Shown: positions 27,171-39,684 of the stretch, piece by piece | Position numbering within the stretch: the stretch's first letter is position 1 | Layout of the letters: every line of letters starts with the position of its first letter | Assembly (NCBI GenBank): GCA_000165425.1 | Contig: CT868318.1 | Span: forward strand, 62,001 to 126,000 | DNA length: 64,000 nucleotides | Origin: Paramecium tetraurelia | Taxonomy: Eukaryota | Reading direction: 5' to 3' | Position numbers and translations under genes: made by a program | Notes under the pieces: model-generated | The model's input: the letters and a program-made list of their open reading frames with translations, nothing else | What the model was told of the DNA's origin: nothing | The model's database searches: none

Positions 27171-28406
27171 ATGCAAAAGTTGAATGAATATCAAGAATAC
27201 CATTTACCTGAATAGTTTGATGAAGATTAAGCGAGGGGGAGATTTCTTATGCCATCATTTCTGCCTTATAGTTTATCAAAACAGGATGTTAAACTGGAGG
27301 AGAGATCCATGGTTTAGATTGATTCCCAGGCTTCATTAAAAGATGAGGCCATTGGATTACAGAACATTAAGGGACACGTGAAGAATGCCTATATCAAAAA
27401 GATACATTCTCTCCTTAGTGTTGAGGGAGAGAATGAAAAGATTGTCAAAAAAATTTAAAAGGAGCCGAGTTCATCCAGTAAACAGTTGGAAAATGAAGAT
27501 CAAAAGATGATAAGAAACAGGGAAAGTGCAAGAAACTCCAGATAACGAAAAAAGTTATACATCAACCTTTTGGAAAAGAAGGTTGAAGACTTAAATCAGG
27601 CAATCGAACAACTCAGAAAATCAACAGAGTCAACTTTCCAGAGCATCCACTCTGTGTTGGAACAGAATTCTAGCATCTATGACATGATCGTCGAACAGAC
27701 TTCATTGTTTGAGTAACTCAAGATAAAGGAATAAGAATTTAATGAATTGTAATAATTGCTTACAGAATCGTACAAGCTCAAGTTCAATGCTACAGGCACC
27801 AAGCGCAAATAATATATGCGATATTGTTTCTAAAATGTTGCAAGACTCCTCCTAGATGGAAACTATGGCACCTTGCTATTTGGACAAAGCTACTTCTCAA
27901 AGACATGTAATCGTTTCTCGAATAACCAATTATAGATACAATGCATGATGAAGAAGAATTGAAGGATTATATGAAAAATCTTAGAGACGCCACAGGGATC
28001 TGTGATGATACAGTGTTTTTAAACCTATATGCCATTGTCAGGAGAGTCATTGATCATAAAAAAAATTTCTCTTTGTATTCATTTTCTATAACCTAGTCTC
28101 ATCAAACAAATCAAACTTAAACAAAAGGAACTGAGAATCTGCTAGTAATAAATTGATGATCAAATCGATGATGTCCAGTTGAATGGGGTTTAATTTGCTA
28201 ATCTTATTCATTAAGTAAATAAAGATCAACAAAATTAAACCCAAATTTCACAACCCCTTGAAATTCCTAAATAAAACTAAATGATTTTAAAAATGGTACC
28301 TAAATATCCCTTCGAACTCATGAGCAATCCATTTTTACTCCCCAACAGTTTAATGATCGATCCACTTTAAATTGACCTTCTTACCAAAAATTTAAGATAG
28401 CCTTGA
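27171..28406 (+). CDS. bZIP transcription factor
   Basis: KMIRNRESARNSRQRKKLYINLLEKKVEDLNQAIEQL basic region plus zipper; two tiny introns near 27907 and 28075. Confidence 0.9.
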
Positions 28407-29756
28407 AATTCTTAATATGATATTAATTTATACCTAATTAGTATATTTATATTATTAAATTTACATGAATTCATTAAGACATCTTATAAGAACCTACAGA
28501 TAAATCAATAATCATTAATCAGATTAATTTCCATCATCTGTATTGAATTAATAAATGGATGTATATTATAGTTTCTTGAGAGGAAATAAGGGAAAATCAT
28601 TTGATGCCTTGATTTTATTGATATGATTTATGGAGAAACTGTATGGCATGAAGGAACAACACATGCAATAATTAATAATTACTAAATTGAACACTGAAGT
28701 GAAACTGATTGCTTTAAAATATCATTTAGTTTGATTAGCATCTTATCTTTAGAAATGTATAATCTACCTATGCTTTAATGGAAAAGTATTATAAATAGAT
28801 TTATCAAATAAAATTGCTTTATTGTTAAGAGTGTAAAACATATAGAGAAACAACTTATAGTCTCATGTCCAAATTTTAAGAACCCAAAGAGTTTAGAGGA
28901 TAGTATGAAGGATTCATCGGTAATATGGAATTCTACCTTACTTGGTATAGTTTGAAAAATACTGAAGAGGAAGAGGGAAAAATTTATTACTTTTCAAAGT
29001 TATATTAAAACCTTTTCATAATAATATAAGTAATTAGAGATTAAATTAATTACTCATGATTTTTTACAGATAGACACAATCCCAAATAGGATAGATCATC
29101 AAAAATAGGAGGCATTATTATATCGCGAAAAAAGAATATATTGGGAAATTGTTGTATGAAGATTGAAGAGATGAATATAATTAATTTAATAGTTATTTTT
29201 AGTATTTCTAGGCTCATGAATTATAGTTCTTAATTACGAATCTATTTATCACCATATATAATTACAATTATCAAAATTCACTGAAAAATCCATAGAATAA
29301 ATTTTATCGTAAGTTATAAATTTAATAATAATTATCAAATCAAATGAATTTAAATATAATTATATCTATTTCAATCATATAGTGATCAAATTTAATTTTT
29401 ATTTCTGGTTAGAGTAAGCTTGAATAATTTTTAGTTGTCAAAAGATATATTCTATATAAAAACATTAATTTAGAGGTTTGATTATTCAATTGTTTATGAA
29501 AACCGATTTGTTCCTTACCTAGGCCATACTTTTTGCTTAGGTAGTGGGGGTTTATAAAAATTGGATATTTTATTTTAATATTCTTGTGAACAATTAAAAT
29601 TTTTGAATAGAATTAATAGTCTCGAATATATAAGAATTTATCTTTTAAATAGGATTAGATTTAGAGATTGTTTTTAAATTGCTTTTATCAGAAAATGATA
29701 GATAATTTTAATTAAAACAGGATAATAAAGTTGATAAGTAATTATTACTTAATTGA

Positions 29757-31144
29757 ATGGTTAACATTTGCTTGATATGTGATTTTTTCTATCCTTGTTT
29801 AGGAGGTGTGGAAATGCATATCTTTTAACTTGGCTTATGTATTAAAGATTTGGGTATTTTAGGCTTAATTGAAAGAGGGCACAAAGTTATAATAATAACA
29901 CATAAATATTAAGGCAGATCTGGAGTTCGATATATGACGAATGGATTAAAAGTTTATTACTGTCCATTCATCCCTGCCATTTAGACGGTTGTGTTATTCA
30001 CATATGTTGGCACACTTCCAATATTTAGATAAATATTATTGAGGGAAGAAATACACATTGTTCATTCTCATGCAGCTACATCATATTTAGGAGGAGAATT
30101 ACTACTTCATGCAAAATCAATGGGGTTTAAAACAGTATTCACTGATCATTCCTTGTTTGCATTCAATGATGCAGCATCTTTCCATGTGAATAAAATTCTA
30201 AAATACATTTTGTGTGAAATTGATCATTCAATATCTGTATCTCATGTGAGCAAAGAGAATTTATCAATGAGAGCCTCATTGGATCCAAGAAATATTTCTG
30301 TAATTCCAAATGCAGTTGATTGTAGTAGATTTACTCCAAATCCTTAAAAAAGATATCCTCTTAATACAATTAACATAGTGGTTATTTGTAGAATGACATT
30401 TAGAAAAGGAGTGGATTTGCTTGTGGATGTCTTGTAAATAATTTGTAAATAGCATCCAGAGATATATTTTATAATAGGCGGTGATGGACCAAAGAAAAAG
30501 ATTCTCGAAGAAACCATACAACGATATAACCTATAAAATTAAACTGAATTGGTAAATGTTATTAATACAAATAGTTAGGAAGTGTTCCAGGTCATTAAGT
30601 TAAAGATGTACTCAATAGAGGTCATATATTTCTAAATACATCCTTGACGGAGGCCTTTTGCATAGCAATTGTTGAGGCTGCATCATGTGGATTGTGTGTT
30701 GTTTCCACTAATGTGGGAGGTATTAGTGAGGTATTGCCCAAAAATATGGTTTTGTATGCAGATCCAACTCCTGAAGATATTAGTCATAAAATAACATAGG
30801 CAATTCCGATTGCCAAAAACTTCTAAGTCTATTAATAGCATGAATTGGTAAAGAAAATGTATAGTTGGGAATAAGTGGCAGAGAGAACAGAGAAGGTATA
30901 TTACAAGATACTTTAAACATAAAATCAAACAATATTAAAACGGTTTAAGGATTGTTATAGCAATGGATAAATATATGGATTATTTTTAATGATTCTCTTA
31001 ATATTCGACTTGATTTTCTTAATGATTTTAGACTTCCTCCAACCACATAAAGGAATTCATAAACCTGGAATTTTCAATCAAATTTATAAAAATCAAAAAG
31101 AAAAGTTTGGGGATCATCTATTTAAAGCTGAATAACAAAATTGA
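29757..31144 (+). CDS. PIGA: GPI-GlcNAc transferase catalytic subunit (PIG-A/GPI3)
   Basis: [78 protein letters not shown]-terminal TM; two tiny introns. Confidence 0.97.
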
Positions 31145-31266
31145 TATTGTATTGACGTACTCAAATATTTAGATATAATAAATTCAGAGTTTCATATATA
31201 TATATCACAAGGTTAATGTATATTAATATGGAAAATTAATAAAATGTTATCATATTATTTTTAATA

Positions 31267-32409
31267 ATGATGTCATTAATTTTTTATGGTCTTCTCCCTT
31301 TGGCTCTGTCCCAATTCAGTAGTGTGAACTGTTTGTTTGAATAATAGTTGGATATCGATACTTATGAGGATCTAGTTGATAAAGCAAAATTTGGAAATGG
31401 GTCAATTGATGTGATACAAACAACTAAGAAACTGATATTATTGGATTCAGATCTCAACATTCTCAACTCCACACTTGGCCCCAAAACCACTGGCTATTCT
31501 TGTAACAGAGTGATGGGTTATCCATTGGGAAATATCTTTTTTGTTGGTTGTCAATAGAATGGATCTGTGGCCTACTTGTAAGGCTATTAATGCAATGGAT
31601 TGAACTGCAAAGCCTTTGGAGACATAGTGTATATTCCTCTTGGAGTCTAACTATTTGACAAGGCAGTAGTGATTGGAAACACCCTGGTAATGTTATAAAC
31701 AGACAGAGTCATATTCTACACGGTAGTAGTTCAAGCTACATCGTGGTATTTAAGGACAACATCCTATGTTTTTGATAAATCCTACTTTAATAAAACTAGT
31801 CTGTACTTAACAGATTTTGATATCAAATCCTATTACATGGACTCCTAGTTAGTCTACAGAATATTAATGACCGATAGAAATGATGGTGTTCTCTGGGTCG
31901 ATTCGATTTTCAGAACCAACAATCTGGTTCCTTATAGTTAAGGATCTATTTTGCTAAGACAAACAATCATAAATCTCAAAACAACAACAAAATTCAAAAG
32001 TGCAGCTATTTTGAATGCCAGTGAAAATTCAACTGAGTTTGTTGTGTCAACAGACTTTGAGGATAATTACCAGATATTATATCAATCGAATAAGGCAATC
32101 TTAGAATCTGTGTTGAATAGATACAAAGATTGGACTCCAATAAGTTATATTACTCTTAAGGGAAATGCCGTGGCCATTCCATATTAAAATTCTTAAGGGA
32201 CAATCGTCACTCCTCTCTACAAGATTAAGTAATTCTCTGAATCAACTGATTTGATTTAACTCTAACAAGATTACACAGATTTACTCTTTTCTAATTCATT
32301 AAAACACTTTTTGATTTATTTTGTGGATGGTGACTACGTTATCTACAAAAGCGACACTGATTCCTTTACAAAATGTAAGTTGGGCCAGTATAATAATATC
32401 AATTAGTGA
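31267..32409 (+). CDS. Secreted 380-aa protein homologous to the membrane-proximal module of the two large type I membrane proteins
   Basis: Signal peptide MMSLIFYGLLPLALS; no TM; LYLTDFDIKSY...ILMTDRNDGVLW and LNRYKDWTPISYITLKGNAVAIPY align with paralogs A/B; intronless. Confidence 0.85.
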
Positions 32410-32750
32410 TTATTATTAAATTGTAACATCAAAAAAACATATAAACAATTTTTAAACATTATTCCATTGACTTATGGTCAATTCAAGTTTCCAACTCTTT
32501 TGTTATATTGCTATTGTTCATTATTGAATGAAGTGCCAAGAGGTTATGCTTGAATAACAGCCTGAATACTCTGGTGGCTATTTGAATTCTATAATGAAGG
32601 AGGGAAATCCTAGGTTTCTGTGTAATAATAGAATTAAAAGTGGTGGAATGGAATTTAAAAGTCAGAATTTGATTTATAATAAAATGATTTGATTATCTTG
32701 ATAAATAATAAAATATTAGAGCGAATACAGCCTTAAATAAATTAAATTAA

Positions 32751-33519
32751 ATGAGTTTGGGTTTCAAGGTATACAATACTAACGGGAATAATGAAGTAAT
32801 CAACAAGAGAAGGAAGTTAAGTATTGGAAGTGAGGGAAGTGAATCAACTGGAGAGAAACTAAACGAAAGCTTTAATAGATTGAATTTGAGTGGGGGCAAT
32901 CCTTCCAGTTCATTTTAGCCATATGTTAAGATAGCAATCCCTCAAGTCCCTCAAACTGAGAGATCTCTACCTAAACCCCCATAATTGGTTTTGGGGATTC
33001 AGAAGTATCTCAAATTGGGGGAAGAATTAGATGTCTCAGATCTCTTAACCAAGCCTTTTAATGATCTACAATAGATTCAGAACAATCTAGCTCAAACCTA
33101 ATAGAGATTACACTTCATCCCCTTTGGAATGCCTGCCAATTATGAAAAATTAATGGCCGAAGCTTAGCAAGTTCTCAAAACTGAAATAAGAGTTGAAGAA
33201 GAAAGACAGAAAAGATCTATGGATGACTTTCTCATCGAATAGAAACTAATGAACCCAGGATAGAAACTAAGTAGAGAAGAAAGAGCCGCGAAAGTTGCTG
33301 CCTATTTGGAGAAAAAACACAATAGACAGTGGAAACAAGTCAGGTAATTCTATTGTTGTATATTTTTATAGATACCCTGTAAGAAAGAATCTTGCAGAGT
33401 TCCGGTAAAGAGAATAGGGAAGATTCACTAAAACCGATAAACCCCGTTTCAACCAAAGTCTGATCATGCTAGATAAGGAGGAAAGGAAAATGGAAACATT
33501 GGCTAATTCATATTCTTGA
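32751..33519 (+). CDS. CCT-motif protein (246 aa)
   Basis: LSREERAAKVAAYLEKKHNRQWKQVRYPVRKNLAEFRQREQGRF matches the CCT (CONSTANS/CO-like/TOC1) consensus; 28-nt intron 33344-33371. Confidence 0.85.
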
Positions 33520-33555
33520 TTCATAATTAATATTATTATTATTATTTAGATTATT

Positions 33556-34668
33556 ATGAGTGACTAAGAAATATTATTAGTTAAAATATTTAGAAAATAC
33601 TTTTTAAATGCTTACAAGTTAATATTTTCATTGGACTAAAAGTAAGCAGATAGATTCAAAGAAAAAAATACCTATTATTACACTCAATAGCATAAGGATT
33701 GTCATCATGAACATAAAGATGATGATAGAAATTGTTGTGGATCCTTCTTTGCTAAAGTCTACATACCTGAAAAAGAAAGAAGTGCCCTAGAACAAATTGT
33801 ATTTGAATAATTGTCTAAGAACAATATTCGAGCCAAATTGCCTTAGATTTTGGATTATTTATAATAGCGATTTAATAGCATTAAGAAATCCGGAAAAAAG
33901 GACAATTTACAATGGGATGTAGAAACTGAAGTTTACATCTTGAATGAAGTCTTGAGAGAAGGATTGCAATTCTATTTCCTCAAGGAGATTCGCTTGGAAA
34001 TGTAAAAGGAATAGTACATAGATTCAAAATAACAAATGCTTGTTGCCACTCCCTAGACTTGGATTAATAAGTACCCCAAAATTGAATTAAATTTCTTATC
34101 AGCCGATTTCATGTATGATTTGATGAACACTGGATGGAGCGTTATGAATAAATTCATTAATAACAACGACTATTGTCATGCCTTATTTAAAGAATTAGAT
34201 TTTCTAGAAAGAGATGGTCGTTTTGAGGAGGTTCAAACTGAACTCCAAAGAGACGATAAGACCTTTTGGTTGACTCTCAGTTAAATGGATAAGGATTCCT
34301 TTAAAAACCTCTATTTCATTTCTCACATTCTAAGTGCCTTGCCTTATGAGTTGAATTCCAAGAACAAAGATCTACTAGTTTAGATTAGTGAATCATATCA
34401 AATAAGTTTCTTTGGAGGTAAGGATAAAAAACATAAGAAGCATTTTGATTCTTCCTTCGATAAAAAGGCTGATACAGGAAAAAAGTTCACTTTTCTTTAC
34501 GTCGTTAATCCTGTTACCATTGAAATTGAAGAACAAAAAATCACTCTGCAGCCAGATAATATTGTTGGTCTCATGAGCAGGAAAATCCCATATGCACTAT
34601 AATCAAACGATGGCAGAGCCTTTTTAATAAGATATTTTATAGATGGTCCTGTGACCAACATTTGTTGA
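33556..34668 (+). CDS. 2OG-Fe(II) oxygenase-fold protein, PHD/EGLN prolyl-hydroxylase-like (degenerate)
   Basis: RDDKTFWL, QISFFGG..KHKKHFD, TGKKFTFLYVVN, PDNIVGLMSRKIPYAL, GRAFLIRYF resemble EGLN motifs; intronless 370 aa. Confidence 0.65.
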
Positions 34669-35528
34669 AGGATATATCATTTATATCTATTATATTTAGA
34701 TGAACTACAAGATTGTTTGAGTATATTATTAAAAGATATCAATTCTATCAGGATTTCTTTGTTCGCCTCATAAATTGTGGATTTCAAATTTCTAGATAAT
34801 AAGTGAACATTTTATTTCTGATTGATTATATTATATATATATAATTAAAGCTATGGAATACGAGATTATGCTGTTGTGCAATACATTGGGAATTGGAATT
34901 GTTGTGATGATTATCCTTTATCATTTGATTGGTACAAAAGAAGATAAGAAAACATATTGATAAATATTCATATTTCGTGTTGCAATCCTTATCTAAATGA
35001 TGAAATTTTGTTGTCAATCCTTATATAAAATCAAAGCCTTCATTCTTTCTATGAATTAATATGATATTCAGTTTATGAAGTTATATCATTCATATCTTTC
35101 CTTAGATAAATTGCTTTATCTTTCGATTTAATATCAACTATCTGTTTTTTCAAAACAAATAGAATCCTCAATAGAAAGTTGCCAGCATTTCATTTTTTCC
35201 ACATTTAATCTACCGAAAAAGAATATTCAAACAAGCTAAAGAATTTGTAAGATTTCTATTTATATGCTATATTTTATTTAACTATAATTAGTTATTTTTC
35301 ATTCTGAAATTTAAAGCTTTGAGAGTAATTATACACACTACCTTCAAAAAGTATTTCAAGTTGTAAGATGGATTCTGCATTAATCAAATACAAATTTTTC
35401 TATAAAAAATTGAATAACAGATATATTCAAGTAGCTTGAATAATCATAAACCTACTTAATAAATTATATGTAAATAGAATAAATAATCAATCTCAATCTC
35501 AAGCATAACAATAATTATATTATATATA

Positions 35529-36019
35529 TCAGATAACTATTTTTTTGCTATCTGCAGTAAATACTCTTAAATATTGAAGATAATCAATGACACTAGCAAG
35601 TACAAAAGGATCATTGATTCCATCTTATTGCATCGCTGTATCTAAAAACATTTTTTCTGGGTTTTATAGAAATTCCCATAGCTTTTTTCTGTTCCAAATG
35701 AATTTTTAGCAAGAATTTAAATCTCCTCCTCCGTATTCCATAGACCAATTCGTTCTGAATCTCCTTAGATACACAGTTCTCAATGACGGTCCTAGGTTGG
35801 TATCCACGTCTGGAAAATAGTGATAGTGACCATACCCAAATGATGACAGGATCCACAATTAGTTTTATAATAAGTTCTTCCTTCAACCAAATCTCCGTTT
35901 GGAATATCCAATTGAATGTCATTTGGGTTCTCAACTTAGGGTTTTCTCTTAAATTTGGGATGGCTCTAACCTCTTATCTCAAAACCAACTTGGCCATCTT
36001 GAACTTTGCGAGTTCTCAT
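35529..36019 (-). CDS. Divergent class I cytochrome c with N-terminal extension (154 aa)
   Basis: GDLVEGRTYYKTNCGSCHHL (CxxCH), LGPSL, IWNRKKLWEFLQNPEKMFLDTAM, VIDYL; 26-nt intron 35810-35835. Confidence 0.88.
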
Positions 36020-36279
36020 TATTAATTAATAATGTTTATAATTAATCATTTTTACTATTGTTTTGTGAGATCTTCCAGACTACTTGATTTTTTGAGTTTA
36101 AATATTCATTGTTGTACAAAAAACTGCAAAATACGAAATACCAAATTAATTTTTTCGTTAATGCAGTAGGATGCAATTAAGATCCATATAAATTGTGGAG
36201 TAGTTTAATAAGAATTTAAACGACAAAATTAATACGTAAATGTTATTGATTGCATTGTATAAATTCAATAATAATTAGA

Positions 36280-36609
36280 ATGGATGAATATGATGAGTTT
36301 TCTGATAACTCCATTGAAATTACTATAAATGAGTATTAGGGAAAGGAATCGCACATCACAGAGAAAAGTATAATTCGATACCTAAAAAACTTGGGTCTCA
36401 AAATGAAAACCAATCCTATGATTAAACAATAACAATATGAAAGGTCGAACAATTAAATCATTGATGTTCTAACTTCAAAAGCCCTGTCTTCTTAGGGAAA
36501 TATTTTGAAGGAAACAGAAACAGATTATAACACCTTATTCTAAAAAAATCCATTCTGGAAAAGAATTAGAAAACAAAGCTCCTCTTTAAAAGTATTGCAT
36601 CCTACATGA
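36280..36609 (+). CDS. Small hypothetical protein (109 aa)
   Basis: MDEYDEFSDNSIEITINEY... open to TGA 36607-36609 under the ciliate code. Confidence 0.6.
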
Positions 36610-36824
36610 GGTTTATTTAATTTCATACTAAATTGAGAATTAATAATGACATTTTTTTGAGGGTCCCCAAACCTTATTTTGTCAATATCTTTTTTATAAT
36701 TCAGTTTTTTCACATTATAAAAATCTTGATACAGAATAAACTCCAATATGCTATTGAAAATGCTATAGATAAAAATTATGAAATTGCGATTTGACATTTC
36801 CATATTTTAATAAATTATAGATAA

Positions 36825-37775
36825 ATGCCTCCCAAGACCCAAAAACAAAAAGAGGAAGAAGCCGCTCGATTGGCTGAAGAATAAAGACTGAGAGAAGAAG
36901 AGGAAGAAAGACAGAGAAAAGAATTAGAGAAATACAATATAAGTAAACTAAATACTACAAAGTAATTCAATATCTTTAAAATCAGTCTCCCCTTGCCTAT
37001 AACAAAATACTGCATTGAATATGTATATCCACACCCAGAACCCCACAAAGCAACAATAGAATATTTGGATAAAGTAATTGAAAATATATTTTATAAGTTA
37101 GCTGAAATTAATAACTGCAAAGATCAACTGCGAGATATCGATTTCTAAGTAGCAGCAGATATCTTGATAAACGATTTAATATTTGCAAAATCATTAAAAG
37201 GTTTAAATGATGAAAGTGTATAAGTATTGGTAAACATCTTATTTTTATCATTTACAAATAATAACAGTAAATTTAGTCAGGAGATGAGGTATAACGATAC
37301 TCTTCAACACAAGAACAAAACTACAGATACAGAATTATTTAACAATTTATTGAAGCTACATGCAGAAGCAGGATATTTTCGATCTATGCATATATTACCA
37401 ATTAAAGATCATTTCTAAATCTACATAAATCATTTAGACTTGTTTAATTAGGCCTTTAAATCAGATCAAAGAACTTTGGAACTACATATGGATCTTTAGA
37501 TGGATTTACCATTGTAACCATTGCCCCTTGATGAAGCCTTGATTTATCGCCCCTTTGAACAAAAGACTGAAGATGATGGATAAATTGAAACGGTGGATTT
37601 AGAAGATTAACAAGCACCACCAGAACCAACTGATGAGGAGTTATTGGATCCAATTATTATGGAAGCTATACAAAAAAAACTAGATTTAGCAAAATAAGAA
37701 TTAGAGGAGAAATTAGTAGCAAGATAAAAAGATATGGAAGAAAAGTTAATGAATATGGCTACAAAAAAGAAATGA
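36825..37775 (+). CDS. Probable ciliary central-pair C1a-32 / CFAP119 / CABCOCO1-like protein
   Basis: MPPKTQKQKEEEAARL coiled coil; LLKLHAEAGYF...HLDLFNQAF...DLPLQPLPLDEAL pattern recalls the C1a-32 family; tiny introns. Confidence 0.55.
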
Positions 37776-37913
37776 AAGGATGAAATTATTACACTATTTT
37801 ATTTAGAATCAACCATCTATATCTCATCTAAAATATGAACTAATTTTTGATGTTCGATTTAGATTTTTGATAGTTTTTAGAATAACTAAAATTTTTGACA
37901 TAACAATTAATAA

Positions 37914-39640
37914 TCAAATCCATCTATTACTTATGGCATCATAATTTAGATGAGATTTTCCTCCTTGTAATTTTACAGGTCTTTTAGGTAAAGCCAAGAC
38001 TGGACACATATCATTAATATTTTATTTCTCTATATAATCCATTTGATATGTTGAATTTCCTGTTTATCCAGGATCTCCATATAAATTTCTTTAATGGGGA
38101 TCTCTATATTTATCTTGTTTGCAAGTAGGCATCGGAATATATGCAGTTCTATAAGTACTTGAACCAAAATCAGTGCCACAATTTGGACCATCCTTTACTG
38201 TTGGTTTAAATTACTCTTTCTCTCCAATTGGCTTTGGTATAAAGTCTACACCATAGGTAGTATCCCAAGGGACTTATCTTGGAGCAGATTTATACTATTT
38301 TTTTGTAACTGGGGGTTTTAAAGGTAAGGGAAATCTTGATAGACACAAAGAATTACCTTTAATAGTTGGTCTAATAATCGGATTAACTAGTGAATGGTTA
38401 TGAGGTTGGAATTTTTGGTAATTCTCTAATTTCTTTATCAGGAAGTGGTCTCTTGATATACTCACTTTGATATGAACTGAGCAAAGTAGATGGGTCGTAG
38501 GCATGCTTTTAAGGTTGTCTTTCATAGTTAAAGGGTTTCTATTTGCAGGATTTCCAAGGAAGATAGTCGTGTCTAATATTAATAAGTAATTGTACTGGAA
38601 TGTAGACTGAAAGTCACCATGCATATTATCGGAATGAATGGGACAATGATGCTTACCACATTTACATATCTCACATACACACCTATTATGAAATTAATTA
38701 GATGAAGGTATTGACTTAGATGAATGGAAAAGGGATTTGATTGTATTATTAATCATAAAATAATCATTGTTATTGCTTTGATTCTTTTATTAAATTACGT
38801 AATTCTTCTGATTGTTTTTTCCAATTTGGATCCAAAGGAGCCTTTCCTTATTTCTTTTATAATTATTTTTCCTTAATCTGTCCTTATCGTTATAGTTTTT
38901 ATTGATCATTAGTAACAACTCTTGCCTACTTTGAATTGAATTCTTGTCTTTTCTATTGGAACACTTGTCTACAGACCTTTACGTGTTTTTCCAAGGCATC
39001 TGATTTAAATTATCTTCCGCACCCTTCAGGACATAGGAGTAATTCTAGTTCTTCAATAGGTTCAGCTTCCTCTATATGTATTATCACATAAAATACCAAG
39101 CTATTATAATACTCTCTCTTGGTTTGCGACTGCTAATTTGTTTTCTAATGGATTTTTTGATCCCAATAAGGCAGCCTCTCTTTTGTTCTATTGCTATCCA
39201 ATAGATGGCATGTAATATTCTCCTTAAATCGTCTTTACAGATTAAACATCCTTTTTCTCCTGAGGTTATTGAGTCTCTTTCTTCTCTACCTGTATTTATT
39301 TCCTAAACAACTCCTCTTAACCAGGTAGATAAAGTCCTTTGGAAACTGGAGCAGTGTTTTTCTTTTCGTCTGATCGTTAGATCCTATCTTTAAGCGGGAT
39401 TTTTTCTTAGAATGTTCCTGTTTTAAAGAAATCATCTTTTGTATTTGTTAACTATGGTTCCTATTCTTAAGGTTGAGGAGAACGGTTGCGAATGTTGAAA
39501 GTTGGTTTGCAAGCAAAATTTGGTTTTATACTGATCCCATTATATTCTGATTTTTGAGTACTTTCGAGAGACAAGGTCTACTCCTGCTTTTTAAACGAGC
39601 CAGAAGTACTATCCATCTTCAGGTTCGGTTTATAATTCAT
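37914..39640 (-). CDS. SAXO/FAM154-like (STOP-type) microtubule-binding protein with long N-terminal extension
   Basis: Internal CVCEICKCGKHHCP (SAXO N-terminal motif), repeats like DTTYGVDFIPK and SSTYRTAYIP, terminal CPVLALP...HLNYD; TGA 37914-37916. Confidence 0.7.
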
Positions 39641-39684
39641 TTTTTATTATTTTTATATTTAATATTTTATAATAACAACATCAG

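Noticed and set aside
28440..29200. Coding-like fragments between the bZIP and PIG-A genes
   Set aside because: Interrupted by TGA in the frames tried and no recognisable motif; may be a relic but cannot be supported.
35611..35934. 107-aa minus-strand ORF from the track
   Set aside because: Wrong frame over the spliced cytochrome c gene.
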